Source: an uncultured Planctomycetota bacterium (GTDB lineage Bacteria; Planctomycetota; Planctomycetia; Isosphaerales; Isosphaeraceae). From it: a DNA stretch of 64,000 nucleotides. The stretch lies in assembly GCA_963823665.1 (NCBI GenBank), contig CAWGMQ010000005.1, positions 608,001 to 672,000 of the forward strand. Reading direction: 5' to 3'. Below are positions 10,417 to 20,402 of the stretch, piece by piece (within the stretch, counting starts at the first letter, position 1; each line of letters starts with the position of its first letter). Both the position numbers and the translations under genes were made by a program. The notes under the pieces were generated by a model. The model was not told where the DNA came from and did no database searches. It was given only the letters and a program-made list of their open reading frames with translations.

Positions 10417-10885
10417 ATGAACGATCTCCCGCGGAAGCTCCCCATCTGGCCGGGCGCGCCCGCTGCCGCCGAACCCAAGAAGCACGTTCTTCAGCGTCGC
10501 GGTCCGGACTGCGCCATCGCGGCGGCGGCCACCATCACCGGCGTGACGTACGACCAGGCCGCCTCGGCTGCCTTCTCGCTGCGCAACGATGGATTGGGCG
10601 CACTGAGCCCCCCACGCCATCAAGGAGCTCTTGTATCGCCTCACCGACCAGCCCTGGCGTCTCGAATGGCTTGTTCGCACCAGGATTCGCTTGTCCTCGA
10701 TGATCTTCAACGAGCAGTTGTCCGTCGCCTGCTTCACGAGCCCTGGAATACGCCCAAATGCTCACGCAATCGTCGCGCGCAAACGAATAATCTACGACGG
10801 GTCTCTCGACGAGCCGGTGAGCCCCCAGGAGCATCCGCTCAAAAACTGGTACGTCGCCCGGTTGATCGAGACAGAGCTGGATTAG
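10417..10885 (+). CDS. Stand-alone papain-fold C39-like cysteine peptidase (frameshift near 10615)
   Basis: LQRRGPDCAIAAAATI (QxxxxDC motif) in the first frame, then HAIVARKRIIYDG (His/Asp) in the second frame. Confidence 0.55.
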
Positions 10886-10889
10886 CTCG

Positions 10890-11800
10890 ATGTTCGCCAA
10901 AATCTTTACAGCTCGGTTCCGCGAAAGTCTGATCCCGCTCACGCTCCTGTGCGCCGCGTCGCTTGCACCGTTCTCGCGCGCCAAGACCCACCGCGTCAAC
11001 CGGCGCGCCAGATTCGACTCGAGAGCGGCCGCGTCGTTGAGTACACGATTCCCTTTGATCGCAACGCACTGCAGGCCAGCGAGCGCGCGGGCAACAGTTT
11101 GATCGCATTGACATCCTCGGGCGTGCTGCTGCGCTTCCAGTTGCCCGATGTCCGCCTCGTTCACGAGCACGCGGAAACCGTGGAAATCAAATGCCTCGGC
11201 CGAGGCGAAGGCGGTGCGATCCTCGCGGGCCTTGCCGACGGACGAGTCTGCCGCGTCAACCCGGCGACGCTTGAGGTCACTGAAATCGCCAAGCTCCCCG
11301 CTCCCGCGCGGTGGATCGGCTGGCTTTCCGCCACGGCAAGCCCTCCCGCCGGCCTGGTTGTTGTAACCGGGTCGACCAGGTCTACGGTGCACGACCTCGT
11401 CAACCAAAAGTCATTCACCGTTGACCACAAAGCGTCCACGTCCTTGCTCGACACCACCGGCAGGCTCTGGCTCGGCGCTGACAATGGCGAGTGGGGTGGT
11501 CGTGTGACGCGCGTTGATCTCACCAAAGGAACACGTGCGTCAATCGATCCGCCGCCATCGGGCGATCCCGATTGGGCGGCGCACTGGGATGGCATCTACG
11601 GCTTCATCGAGCTGCGAGACCACCAAGTATGGGCATACGGCGGCATGTCGCACATGGGTATCAATTCGCGGAATATCACGCGAGTCGATGAGGATAAACC
11701 GCGTCCGATCGTTGAACGGAGGATTCACGCTGCGCTCGAGGAAAAGCCCGACGCGCCACCGACGGCTTTGCCCATCAGCCATATCCTCACAGAAACCGTG
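10890..11800 (+). pseudogene. Secreted beta-propeller-like hypothetical protein, frameshifted near 10980 and apparently 3'-truncated
   Basis: Signal-like MFAKIF...LLCAASLA joins a frame with repeated beta-strand units (GRLWLGADNGEWGG, QVWAYGG); after about 11790 the frame runs antisense into the next gene. Confidence 0.5.
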
Positions 11801-11872
11801 ACGCCTTCAGCCCATTGTCGCCTTTCGATCCGCGAAAGTGCGTCTTCCCTCGTTGCCGTCGTTTGCTCCGCC

Positions 11873-12277
11873 TCACTGGGGCTCACCATCGAGCTGCAAC
11901 CGAATCTGCTTCACTTGCTCGCGGGCCCTCGCCCTCTCCTCCGGCGTCGACGCATTCGATGCTGCGCTTTCATACAATTTCAATGTCTGCTCCAGGGAGT
12001 CACGTTGAATGTCCCTGGTTGACTCGCCGCCATCGTTGGTTTGCTCCGTGACCTTTGTCAAATACTGATCCACGGCAACCTGAGCGTGTTGAAAGTGAGC
12101 GTCGGCTTGAGCACGCGCGAGTTCGAGCTCCGCGCGAAGCTGAGCCTCCGTCTGCTGGCGCCGTACCGTCTGCACGACGACCGCGAAAACCAGCCCAAGA
12201 AAGGCGATCGCGACCGGCAGAGTCTTCAGCCGGACACGCAGCACGGGCGTTACGGTCGTTCTTGGCTCATCGATCAT
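11873..12277 (-). CDS. Single-TM helical hypothetical protein resembling the post-TM segment of planctomycete kinases
   Basis: One hydrophobic helix, then AQVAVDQYLTKV...QRDSLEQTLKLYE, similar to AQDAADGLLGEV...RQRLLEKARAGYE in the kinase at 54612-57764. Confidence 0.55.
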   Translation of the reverse strand: MIDEPRTTVTPVLRVRLKTLPVAIAFLGLVFAVVVQTVRRQQTEAQLRAELELARAQADAHFQHAQVAVDQYLTKVTEQTNDGGESTRDIQRDSLEQTLKLYESAASNASTPEERARAREQVKQIRLQLDGEPQ

Positions 12278-12453
12278 TGGGCGGCACCTCCTGAGAGCGC
12301 TCGGTGAAGGTCACGACCAAGCACATGGTACTCGACACAATGTTCCATTCTAAGATCACCTGTTTCGGCGTGCCACGTCTGCGCCTTGACGCGCCCGAAC
12401 GAAGTAGCGCATTTTGCATCGTGGAAACAAACCAACTTCTTCCCAGGTGACCG

Positions 12454-13116
12454 ATGTCCTCGTTGTTCTCGAAGAAAGTGGCGGACGTCCTCGACAAGCT
12501 GTTCGCACAAGCCGAGGCCGAAGACCCTCCGCGATTCGAGCGCCTCCAGGCAGAATCCGCCCGCCTCGGCAAGCCGCCCGACGAATCGTGGGCTCACAGC
12601 GTGCTCGCTGAAGTCTTCATGCCGGTCGATCGAGCCGGCGGCCGGTTTCTCTACTCGCTTGCTCGGGCCGGGGGAAGCCGTCTCATCGTCGAGTTCGGCA
12701 CCTCCTTCGGCATCTCGACCATCCACCTCGCCGCCGCCGTCCGCGACAACGGCGGCGGCCGAGTGGTAACCACCGAGATGGAGCCGAACAACGTAACCCG
12801 GGCTCGCGAGCACCTCGACGAAGCCGGCTTGCTCGACTGCGTCGAGATGCGCCAAGGAGACGCGCTCGAGACCCTCAAGTCGCTCGACACTACGATCGAT
12901 CTGCTCTTTCTCGACGGCTGGAAGAAACTCTATCTGCCGCTCCTTCAGCTTCTCGAGCCTCGCCTGCGGCCCGGATCTGCAATCGTCGGCGACGACACGC
13001 AGCTCTTTCCCGATGAGATGCGACCCTACCTCGACTACGTGCGCAACCCTGCGAACGGCTACGTCTCGGTGGAGATCCCCATCGGCGACGGCATGGAGCT
13101 TTCGATTCGGCAATGA
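12454..13116 (+). CDS. Class I SAM-dependent O-methyltransferase
   Basis: IVEFGTSFGIST, VVTTE, GDALETL, DLLFLDGWK motifs. Confidence 0.9.
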   Translation: MSSLFSKKVADVLDKLFAQAEAEDPPRFERLQAESARLGKPPDESWAHSVLAEVFMPVDRAGGRFLYSLARAGGSRLIVEFGTSFGISTIHLAAAVRDNGGGRVVTTEMEPNNVTRAREHLDEAGLLDCVEMRQGDALETLKSLDTTIDLLFLDGWKKLYLPLLQLLEPRLRPGSAIVGDDTQLFPDEMRPYLDYVRNPANGYVSVEIPIGDGMELSIRQ

Positions 13117-13282
13117 CGCTTCCACATTTCTCCAGGTGGCACTGGCACCGCTGACCCAGCCCCGGCTAGAGTCAATGTGTCCAATCGGCCCGTTCGCCTC
13201 GAGGCGCTCTTGGCGAACGCCTAAGCGGCCACGTTCCACGGAAACAATTCACTCTCCACATTCGAAAAGAGAGGGCACGGCG

Positions 13283-13999
13283 ATGACCAGGTTCCGGCTC
13301 TCGCTCGCGCTGGCAGGGATTCTGATCGCGGCAGGGAGCACTGCGCCCGCGAGCGCACAAACCAAAACCAAACAACAGGACGAAGCGGTCAAGGAGCGCG
13401 ATCGCACGTTCGACACGCTGCTCGCTGCCGCTCTCAAAGAACCCAGGAAGGCCGACTGGAAGGCCGTCCGCCACGCCTTCTCACAGACCAGCCACTACAG
13501 CCCATACGGCGGCTCCTGGCGAGAAGACGCCGGCAAAGTCGTCAAGAACATGAAAGATGGCAAGCTCAAGGAAGCCGAAGCCGGCTTGAGCAAGCTGATG
13601 GAAAGCGAACGCTCCATGCGCATCGACAGCCATGCCATGGCCGCTGCGCTCTACGAACAACTGGGAGATTCCGATAAGGCACGAAAACACAAGGAAATCT
13701 TCGAGGCCCTGTCATTCACCGTCTTCCCGCGCGGCGAGGGAATGACCATGGACAATTCCTTCGAGGTCCTTTTCATCGAGGAAGAATACACCGCGCTCGG
13801 GCTGATGGGTTTGAGAGTGAAACAACAGGCGCTCACCGAGCGCAACGGCCACAAATATGACGTTCTCACAACCCATTCCAAACCTGGTGAGCCGGAGCGT
13901 GTCCTGTACTTCAACATCGACATGCCCTGGAAATCTCTCGAAGCCGGCTTCTCGAAGGTGTTCGAGAAGTCCGAGACGGCTCCGCCCAAGAAAAAATAA
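13283..13999 (+). CDS. Secreted DUF4919-like protein
   Basis: Signal peptide (ASA-Q); C-terminal FEVLFIEEEY...QQAL...YDVL...LYFNID pattern; GAGGG RBS. Confidence 0.7.
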   Translation: MTRFRLSLALAGILIAAGSTAPASAQTKTKQQDEAVKERDRTFDTLLAAALKEPRKADWKAVRHAFSQTSHYSPYGGSWREDAGKVVKNMKDGKLKEAEAGLSKLMESERSMRIDSHAMAAALYEQLGDSDKARKHKEIFEALSFTVFPRGEGMTMDNSFEVLFIEEEYTALGLMGLRVKQQALTERNGHKYDVLTTHSKPGEPERVLYFNIDMPWKSLEAGFSKVFEKSETAPPKKK

Positions 14000-14031
14000 C
14001 TCGTTTGATGTGTTGTTGCATAAATGGTTGA

Positions 14032-15069
14032 ATGTCCATAATGAGCACGATTCTGGTTACCGGCGGGTCGGGATTCATCGGCAGCCATTGCATCCTCCAG
14101 CTCCTTGCCGCCGGCCATCAGGTGCGAGCGACCGTCCGGAGCATCAGCCGCGAGGGCGATGTGCGCGCCGCCCTCGCGAAGGCCGGAGCGGATCCAGCCG
14201 ATCGCTTGTCTTTCGTCGCCGCCGATCTCGAAAAAGACGCCGGCTGGCCGGCGGCCGTCGCCGGCTGTGATTACGTGCTCCACGTGGCCTCCCCTTTTCC
14301 CCCGAGCATCCCCAAGCACGAGGACGAGTTGATTGTGCCTGCGCGCGAAGGCACACTTCGCGTGCTGCGCACCTGCCGCGACGCCGGTGTCGAGCGCGTC
14401 GTGGTGACATCATCGTTCGCGGCGATCGGCTATGGCCATGACTCGCAGAAAACGACGTATGACGAGACGAGCTGGACCGACCCGAATGGCCCAGACGTCC
14501 TCCCCTACGTCAAATCGAAGACCTTGGCCGAGCGCGCCGCCTGGGATTTTATCGCGCGCGAAGGCGGTAGCCTCGAGCTCTCCGTCGTCAATCCCGTGGG
14601 CGTGCTCGGGCCCGTCCTGGGCGCCGACTACTCGACTTCCATCCTGCTCGTGCAACGCCTCATGGACGGCGCCATGCCCGGCTGCCCGAAGCTCTGTTTC
14701 GGGATCGTCGACGTGCGTGACGTGGCCGACTTGCACCTCCGCGCCATGACTCATCCCGCCGCCCGAGGAGAGCGCTTCCTCGCCATCGCCGGCGATTTCC
14801 TGTCGATGCAGGACATCGCCAGGGTGCTCAAGCACCGCATGGGGGCGGCGGCCAGAAGAGTGCCGAGCTGGCAACTGCCCAACTGGCTGGTTCGCATCGC
14901 CGCGATGCGCGATCCCGCAGCCAAGCAAATCCTCCCCGAGCTCGGCAAGAAGAAGAATGCCACCAACGAGAAGGCCAGGCGCCTCCTCGGCTGGGCGCCG
15001 CGCTCGAACGAGGAGTGCGTCGTCGCCACCGCCGAGAGCTTGGTTCGCCTCGGACTGCTGAAGGCGTGA
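14032..15069 (+). CDS. NAD-dependent epimerase/dehydratase (aldehyde reductase / dihydroflavonol-reductase-like extended SDR)
   Basis: LVTGGSGFIG, HVASP, TSS, YVKSKTLAE, VDVRDVA. Confidence 0.92.
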   Translation: MSIMSTILVTGGSGFIGSHCILQLLAAGHQVRATVRSISREGDVRAALAKAGADPADRLSFVAADLEKDAGWPAAVAGCDYVLHVASPFPPSIPKHEDELIVPAREGTLRVLRTCRDAGVERVVVTSSFAAIGYGHDSQKTTYDETSWTDPNGPDVLPYVKSKTLAERAAWDFIAREGGSLELSVVNPVGVLGPVLGADYSTSILLVQRLMDGAMPGCPKLCFGIVDVRDVADLHLRAMTHPAARGERFLAIAGDFLSMQDIARVLKHRMGAAARRVPSWQLPNWLVRIAAMRDPAAKQILPELGKKKNATNEKARRLLGWAPRSNEECVVATAESLVRLGLLKA

Positions 15070-15072
15070 CCA

Positions 15073-16146
15073 CTACCTCGCGATGGCGCCGGGATCAATC
15101 CCCGACTTCAAACTGAACTTCGCCCCGACGGCTCCGACCGCGCAGGATGTCCGCGGAAGCTCGAGCCGTTGTCTCAGCCCGAAAACCGATTCGATTCCGG
15201 TGCAATGGGCCCCGAGAAATTTCTGGAGCCCCATCGTGCGGAGCTTCTCCGCGGTCCAGTCGAGCGTCTGCGCGTCGGCCTCGAAGAGGTGGAAACCGCC
15301 CAGTGCGGCGTGCACGCGGCTTGGACGCACGCTCTGCCGCGCGTACTCGAGGGTATTGATGATCCCGGCGTGTCCGCAGCCGGAAATGAGCACCAGTCCT
15401 TGATCGCTATCGATCACGAGCGACATGTCCTCAGGAACGTTGTCTTCAACCAGTGAGCCGTCCTCCTTGCGGATCTTTCGCTGGAGGCTCCAGTTCCGTT
15501 CCGGGTGGGTGCGCGGCACCGGACCCGTCAGCCACACCGCCGGCAGAATCTCCTTCGGCTTGTCGATCACGATGAATGAGCCGCCGAGCTCCTCATACGG
15601 CTTCTTGAGCAGAGCCGTCTCGTTGGTCTCCTTCGCCTGAGGCCCCGGCCGGGAAAGGAAAATTCCCGCGCCGACGTATGCTCGCTCCAGCGCATGAGTA
15701 TTTCCCTTCATCAGCTCTCGCCGGAGCGTGAGCAGACCGCCGACGTGGTCCCCGTGGTGGTGGCTGAGGATCACGTCGGTCACGTCGCTCAAATCAATCT
15801 TCAGCTCGCGAGCGTTTTGCAAGACCGTCTCGGGCCGCGCGCCGGTGTCGAACAGGATGAGACGCCCGTGTACCTCGACTAGCGCCGAGAACCCCCACTC
15901 GCCTACGCCGGCCCGATCCGTGAGCATCGTCGAGAGGACCGTGACCTCAAGCGTCTTGACTTGCCCCAGACCACCGGGTTTCGGCACAGCGGCAGCGACG
16001 GGCTGTTCTTGAATCAATTCTCCGGCGGACGCCGCCGAAAGCGGCTGCGGCACCAATAGAGCGGCTGCGATTGTGAACCATCGCGCGGCGACCGCGCTGG
16101 AGTTCCTAAGGCTAATCCCACGAATGTGCTGATCTGAGCGTCGCAT
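15073..16146 (-). CDS. Metallo-beta-lactamase fold hydrolase with signal peptide
   Basis: EWGFS, LFDTG, SHHHGDHVGGL, GCGHAG, GGFHL, HCTG. Confidence 0.88.
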   Translation of the reverse strand: MRRSDQHIRGISLRNSSAVAARWFTIAAALLVPQPLSAASAGELIQEQPVAAAVPKPGGLGQVKTLEVTVLSTMLTDRAGVGEWGFSALVEVHGRLILFDTGARPETVLQNARELKIDLSDVTDVILSHHHGDHVGGLLTLRRELMKGNTHALERAYVGAGIFLSRPGPQAKETNETALLKKPYEELGGSFIVIDKPKEILPAVWLTGPVPRTHPERNWSLQRKIRKEDGSLVEDNVPEDMSLVIDSDQGLVLISGCGHAGIINTLEYARQSVRPSRVHAALGGFHLFEADAQTLDWTAEKLRTMGLQKFLGAHCTGIESVFGLRQRLELPRTSCAVGAVGAKFSLKSGIDPGAIAR

Positions 16147-16197
16147 TGATGTCTAGTCTCACGAAGGGGGCGGCATGTGTGCGGGCATTGCGACCGC

Positions 16198-16410
16198 TCA
16201 TGCCGACTTGGCTTTGTGCTTCGCCAGCAGCCGCCGGATTTGGGGAAGCAACTCCTCGGGAACAGTGATGACAGTCTGTCCCTTCTGGTTGGCAGCAACG
16301 GCTGCCTCGTCTTCTGCAACTTGTTCCTCCTCGGACAGGCCCTCGTAGTGCTCGATCAAGCGTTTAACGCGTTCTGCGTTCCAACCAGCGGGGAATTTCG
16401 ATTCGCTCAT
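16198..16410 (-). CDS. Small putative antitoxin (MSESKFPAGWNAERVKRLIEHYE...)
   Basis: 70-aa acidic helical protein with an ATGA overlap to the stop of the upstream toxin-like remnant. Confidence 0.6.
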   Translation of the reverse strand: MSESKFPAGWNAERVKRLIEHYEGLSEEEQVAEDEAAVAANQKGQTVITVPEELLPQIRRLLAKHKAKSA

Positions 16411-16480
16411 CGACGCTTCCTCCTCCGAAATGCACGCAATGGCTTTCCGCGGATTTCGTATGCCGTGACCACGAAGATGC
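16407..16480 (-). pseudogene. 3' remnant of a BrnT/DUF4258-like toxin
   Basis: Minus frame reads IFVVTAYEIRGKPLRAFRRRKRR*; an in-frame stop lies about 10 codons upstream and there is no start. Confidence 0.55.
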
Positions 16481-16762
16481 ATGATGAGCGTTGCTCCGAC
16501 CCAAAGAATCATACAATACCGGCTCACCCGTGGGTAAGGAACGGACCTGGAAGGACTTCCCGATCTTGCCTTGCGAAAGGTCGACAGTTCGGCGCGGGTC
16601 TCTGACCCCGCCATCTGCCTGACCGAAGGTCTCCCGCCGGGACGGTTGTGGAGATAACGTGCCGTCATTCCCGGCGCACTCTTGAGGAAAAGCCCGTCGC
16701 CGCGGAATATCGAAACGGTTCAAGGTAGCGGGGCCCACGTCGAATCCCGGAGCAGAGCGTTC

Positions 16763-17500
16763 ATGTCGCACAATCCAGATTCAAGCACCAGCAAGTCCGG
16801 GCGGTTTCCTTCGACCCACTGGAGCCTTGTTATCAGAGCAGGGTCACCCGGATCGCCGCAGGCCCGCGCGGCCTTGGCCGATCTGTGCTCCGCTTACTGG
16901 TATCCGATTTACGCGCTCATCAGGCGAAAGGGCAATGCCCATGATCAAGCGCTCGACCTCACCCAGGAGTTCTTTGCTCATTTGCTCGAGCGCGGCAGTA
17001 TCGCCGCGGCCAACCCTCGCGAGGGCCGATTCCGCGCGTTCTTGCGCACCGATTGCCAGCACTTCCTGATCGATCAGTTCCGCCGAATGACGGCACGACG
17101 CCGTGGAACGCCAACCGTTTCGATCAACGCGCACGGGGCGGAGGACCGCTATCGCTTCGAGCCGGCCGACACGTTCACCCCCGACCGCCTGTTCGACCGT
17201 GCCTGGGCCCTGACATTGCTCGAGAAGGTCCTCGACCTGCTGGCCCGCGAATTCGCCGCGAAGGGCCAATCCGAGTTGTTCGAGAAGCTGAAGATCGTGC
17301 TCACCCAAGGGAAGGGCTCAGTGCCAGCCGCGACCCTGGCCGCGCAGCTCGGCAAAAGCGAGGAGGCCGTTCACATGGCCGCTCACCGTCTGCGGAAGCG
17401 CTACCGCGAGATTCTCGAGGAACAGATCGCCGCGACCCTTGACGACCCGTCCGAGATGGAAGACGAAATTCGGTCGTTGTTTGAGGCAATCGCGACCTAA
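16763..17500 (+). CDS. ECF sigma-70 family RNA polymerase sigma factor
   Basis: FPSTHWSLV, ALADLCSAYWYPIY, DLTQEFF, GRFRAFL, FDRAWA, AHRLRKRY. Confidence 0.9.
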   Translation: MSHNPDSSTSKSGRFPSTHWSLVIRAGSPGSPQARAALADLCSAYWYPIYALIRRKGNAHDQALDLTQEFFAHLLERGSIAAANPREGRFRAFLRTDCQHFLIDQFRRMTARRRGTPTVSINAHGAEDRYRFEPADTFTPDRLFDRAWALTLLEKVLDLLAREFAAKGQSELFEKLKIVLTQGKGSVPAATLAAQLGKSEEAVHMAAHRLRKRYREILEEQIAATLDDPSEMEDEIRSLFEAIAT

Positions 17501-17577
17501 GCGACGATCGCCGACTTGTCCAGCAAGGTCAAGTAACCGATAATCACAATGCACGACGACAAGTCGACTAGCTTCGA

Positions 17578-17928
17578 TTGGAGCAATTTCTGGTGTCCAC
17601 GCCATCCTCGCTCGACCACGAAACGCCGTTGCTGGACAACTGCGCCGCGACGCCTGCAGACGGCGCTTCCCTTCTCGACAGGGAAATCCCGCCGATGATC
17701 CGGGTTGCTCAAGCGGCATTTCTGCGTGATTTGCCGCAGTTGATCGGGGGACATCGACGAAGCTGGGTGGCCTACCACGGCAATCGGCGCGTTGCGATCG
17801 GCTCGTCCAAACGGCAGCTCTTCAAGGAGTGCACCGTCCAAAAACTTCCGCCCGACGAATTCATCGTGCCGCTTATCGAAGTCGAGATGCCCGAGGAATT
17901 CGATTGGAACGATTCCCGCGACGTTTAA
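17578..17928 (+). CDS. Small hypothetical protein (weak DUF5678-like pattern)
   Basis: AQAAFLRDLPQL...WVAYHGNRRVAIG...LFKEC; start uncertain. Confidence 0.5.
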   Translation: MEQFLVSTPSSLDHETPLLDNCAATPADGASLLDREIPPMIRVAQAAFLRDLPQLIGGHRRSWVAYHGNRRVAIGSSKRQLFKECTVQKLPPDEFIVPLIEVEMPEEFDWNDSRDV

Positions 17929-17954
17929 GCCTGTAACCTGGCGGGACACTGGAC

Positions 17955-18437
17955 TTGTGTTTCGCCGTTCCGACGGATCATGAACGGCCCGCCAGAACGA
18001 CTCATTTTTCAGTCGATCGGCACAGCGCGGGTTCTATCTTTCTTGGCGTAGTCACCCTCCAGGCGAGCCTTCACCTGATCGGTATCTTTGCCGTCCACTT
18101 CGTCGAGCGTCGCCGCTTCTCCGTCGACTTTCCACTTGAACTGGAACTCCATCCCGACTGGCACCACATTGAGCTGCTCGGGCCTGAGGATCCTCCAGGC
18201 GATGCCCGTGAGTACTTGTTGACCGTGCTCCTGCGGCTCGGGGCTTATTTCGCCGAGGTCATCCCCCTGGCCCTTCGAGTCATGATGCACCCGTCGTTCG
18301 ACCCGGATTCGTTCTCCCGCACCGTACCCGGCGGCCCGGTGGAGCTGCGGGAGGGCCTGGCAAAACGGCTGGCCTCACTCGCGCACGGCAGCAGCTTTCG
18401 ATCTCGGACGAAGTCGTGCTGGCACGTCTCCTCCTGA
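17955..18437 (+). CDS. Hypothetical protein
   Basis: ORF with plausible composition directly after the previous gene; no recognised motif; 5' end uncertain. Confidence 0.35.
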   Translation: MCFAVPTDHERPARTTHFSVDRHSAGSIFLGVVTLQASLHLIGIFAVHFVERRRFSVDFPLELELHPDWHHIELLGPEDPPGDAREYLLTVLLRLGAYFAEVIPLALRVMMHPSFDPDSFSRTVPGGPVELREGLAKRLASLAHGSSFRSRTKSCWHVSS

Positions 18438-18573
18438 GCCTCGCGCACGACTGGGCGCTGGGAGTCGCGTTCGCCCACGGGAAGGTTCCCAGAAACGACC
18501 GCAGGCTGGAGGAATTCTTGGAGGTTCTGTGGAAGGGGCTGAATCGGCGAGAGGGGTGAGAGACACTCGTCGG

Positions 18574-18890
18574 TTAGCTGGAGCGCTTGACTCGCCGGCT
18601 TTTCGCTGTGGTTGCTTTTCGTTCTTGCGCGCGTTTGCGAACAGCGTCCCAGAAGTCCGCCTCGGACAAGCCCTTCCCATGCTTGATGCTTTGCCTGGAG
18701 CGGTTGAGGAGCGATTGAAAACGCGGTGAACGCTCGAGCATAAGCCGTTCCAAGTCATCGTCGTCGTACGGAACCAGTAGCACGGCCACGGCTTTGCCAT
18801 TGCGAGTGATGACCAGAGGGCCCTGCGCGCCGCACTCGTCCAGATAAGCGCTCAATCGCGCCTTCACGTCCGCCAGGGCGCAATCCTCAT
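18574..18890 (-). CDS. Phd/YefM family antitoxin (one-base frameshift near 18876)
   Basis: MRIAP(L)ADVKARLSAYLDEC...GPLVITRNGKAVAVL Phd motif. Confidence 0.85.
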
Positions 18891-18934
18891 AACTCGTACT
18901 CCTCTGCTCCGATCAGAAGCCGGTTGCGATCTTT
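18887..18934 (-). pseudogene. 3' remnant of a RelE/ParE-like toxin
   Basis: KDRNRLLIGAEEYEL* with an ATGA overlap onto the antitoxin start; the frame is cut by a stop inside the palindrome at 18936-18951. Confidence 0.55.
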
Positions 18935-18977
18935 TGACTAGAATTCTAGTCTATTTGGCGGCGCCGTCAATGCCTCG

Positions 18978-19178
18978 CGTGGGGCAATCCCTGAAGACCT
19001 GGCTCCCATCCTGGACCGGCTGGGTGTGGATCGATCGAATTGGGTGCACACGGTGCGCGACTTCGGTCGCATGTTCAAGCAAGCGGCAGGTCGAGCGAGT
19101 TCGCTTGTGCGCGCTGCACCACGTTGTTCGCGGCGCTGGTTTTAGGGGAAGGCGGCCGCGCAAGTCGCGTTTCGGTAA
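18978..19178 (+). mobile_element. C-terminal remnant of a Y1/HUH (RAYT-like) transposase
   Basis: RGAIPEDLAPILDRLGVDRSNWVHTVRDFGRMFKQAAGR...RRWF*GK; an internal TAG and no N-terminal HUH region. Confidence 0.55.
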
Positions 19179-19695
19179 GTAAGCGGCCCGCTCGCGGGCC
19201 CCGGTCGCAGCGGCAGACGCGGAATTCGATTGGATTTGAGGCCGGCCAGCAGTTCCCTTTCGCCGGCGCGGCAAGCGACGAAGCAGCGCCGTCCATATCG
19301 AGCGGTTCGCAGCAACCGACGCGTGCGAGCGCCGGTGACCTACCCAAGCGCACACGATTGCTGACCGAGCGTGGTGCGGGCGTCTGCTGTGCGCGGCGTT
19401 GGCCGCGAGGCACCCAGTGATCGCGGGACGCGAATTGGTGCGAGTCACGCGTTCAAGCTCCATACTCAAACCTGGCTCGAAATCGGGTAAAACAAGGCTC
19501 AGCGAAGCGTGGCTTTCATTGACAATTAGCCAATTCCCTATGTACAAGGCACAACGATGAAGCTTCTCGTGACCGTCGGGCCCTGGTTGATGGCGCTGCT
19601 CAAGAGTTGTGTCGCAACATTGCTCGCCGGTCTCGTTTTGCGGGTGGCCGGCGCCATGCTTTGAGACGGACGATCCAACTCTCAGGAGGCGACTT

Positions 19696-20164
19696 TTGTC
19701 GATATACGAAACGCTCAACGCTCTTGACATCAAGCTTCCCGAATTGGCGCCGCCGGTGGCAGCCTATGTACCTTTTGTGCGCCGGCAATTTGCTTTTCCT
19801 GTCTGGTCATATCGCCAAGGCCGACGGCAAGCCTTGGGTAGGCCAGCTTGGGGCGAATCTCACGACCGTAGAGGGCAAAGAAGCGGCTCGTGCTGTGGCC
19901 ATCGATCTCTTGGGCACACTTCATGCCGCGGTCGGCGACCTGAACCAGATCAAGCGCATCGTCAAGCTGATGGTTCTCGTGAATAGTACTCGAGCATTCA
20001 CCGAACACCATTTGGTGGCCAATGGTGCTTCGGAACTCTTCGCCCAAGTGTTCGGAGATGCGGGAATGCACACTCGCAGCGCCTTCGGGGTCGCGCAAGT
20101 CCCATTGGGATCCTGTGTGGAAATTGACCTGATCGCGGAGGTGGACGATCAATGGCCCAGGTGA
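19696..20164 (+). CDS. RidA/YjgF family protein (frameshift near 19782)
   Basis: AGGAGG RBS, LP...PVAAYVP, GNLLFLSGH, RIVKL, VANGASEL, HTRSAFGVAQVPLGSCVEID. Confidence 0.88.
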
Positions 20165-20402
20165 CGTCCGTCGCCGTACGCTCCACGTGGCGATCGATGC
20201 ACAGAACGGTGCGGATGGAATCTACATCGGCGGTCATGTCACGCCGATTGTCAAGGCTGTCATGACGCTCGGTGGCAATGACGACTCACGCGAGATTTGA
20301 CGATCCGGGCCGGTTCAAGCCGCGCCCCAGGCGGCACCATGACGCGATCCCTACGTCCCCGACGTGCAATTGCATCGCAAACGATCTTGGAACAGGTACG
20401 CA

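Noticed and set aside
18951..19733. 260-aa minus-strand ORF
   Set aside because: Arg/Ala-rich with no motifs, and it overlaps the transposase remnant and the RidA start.
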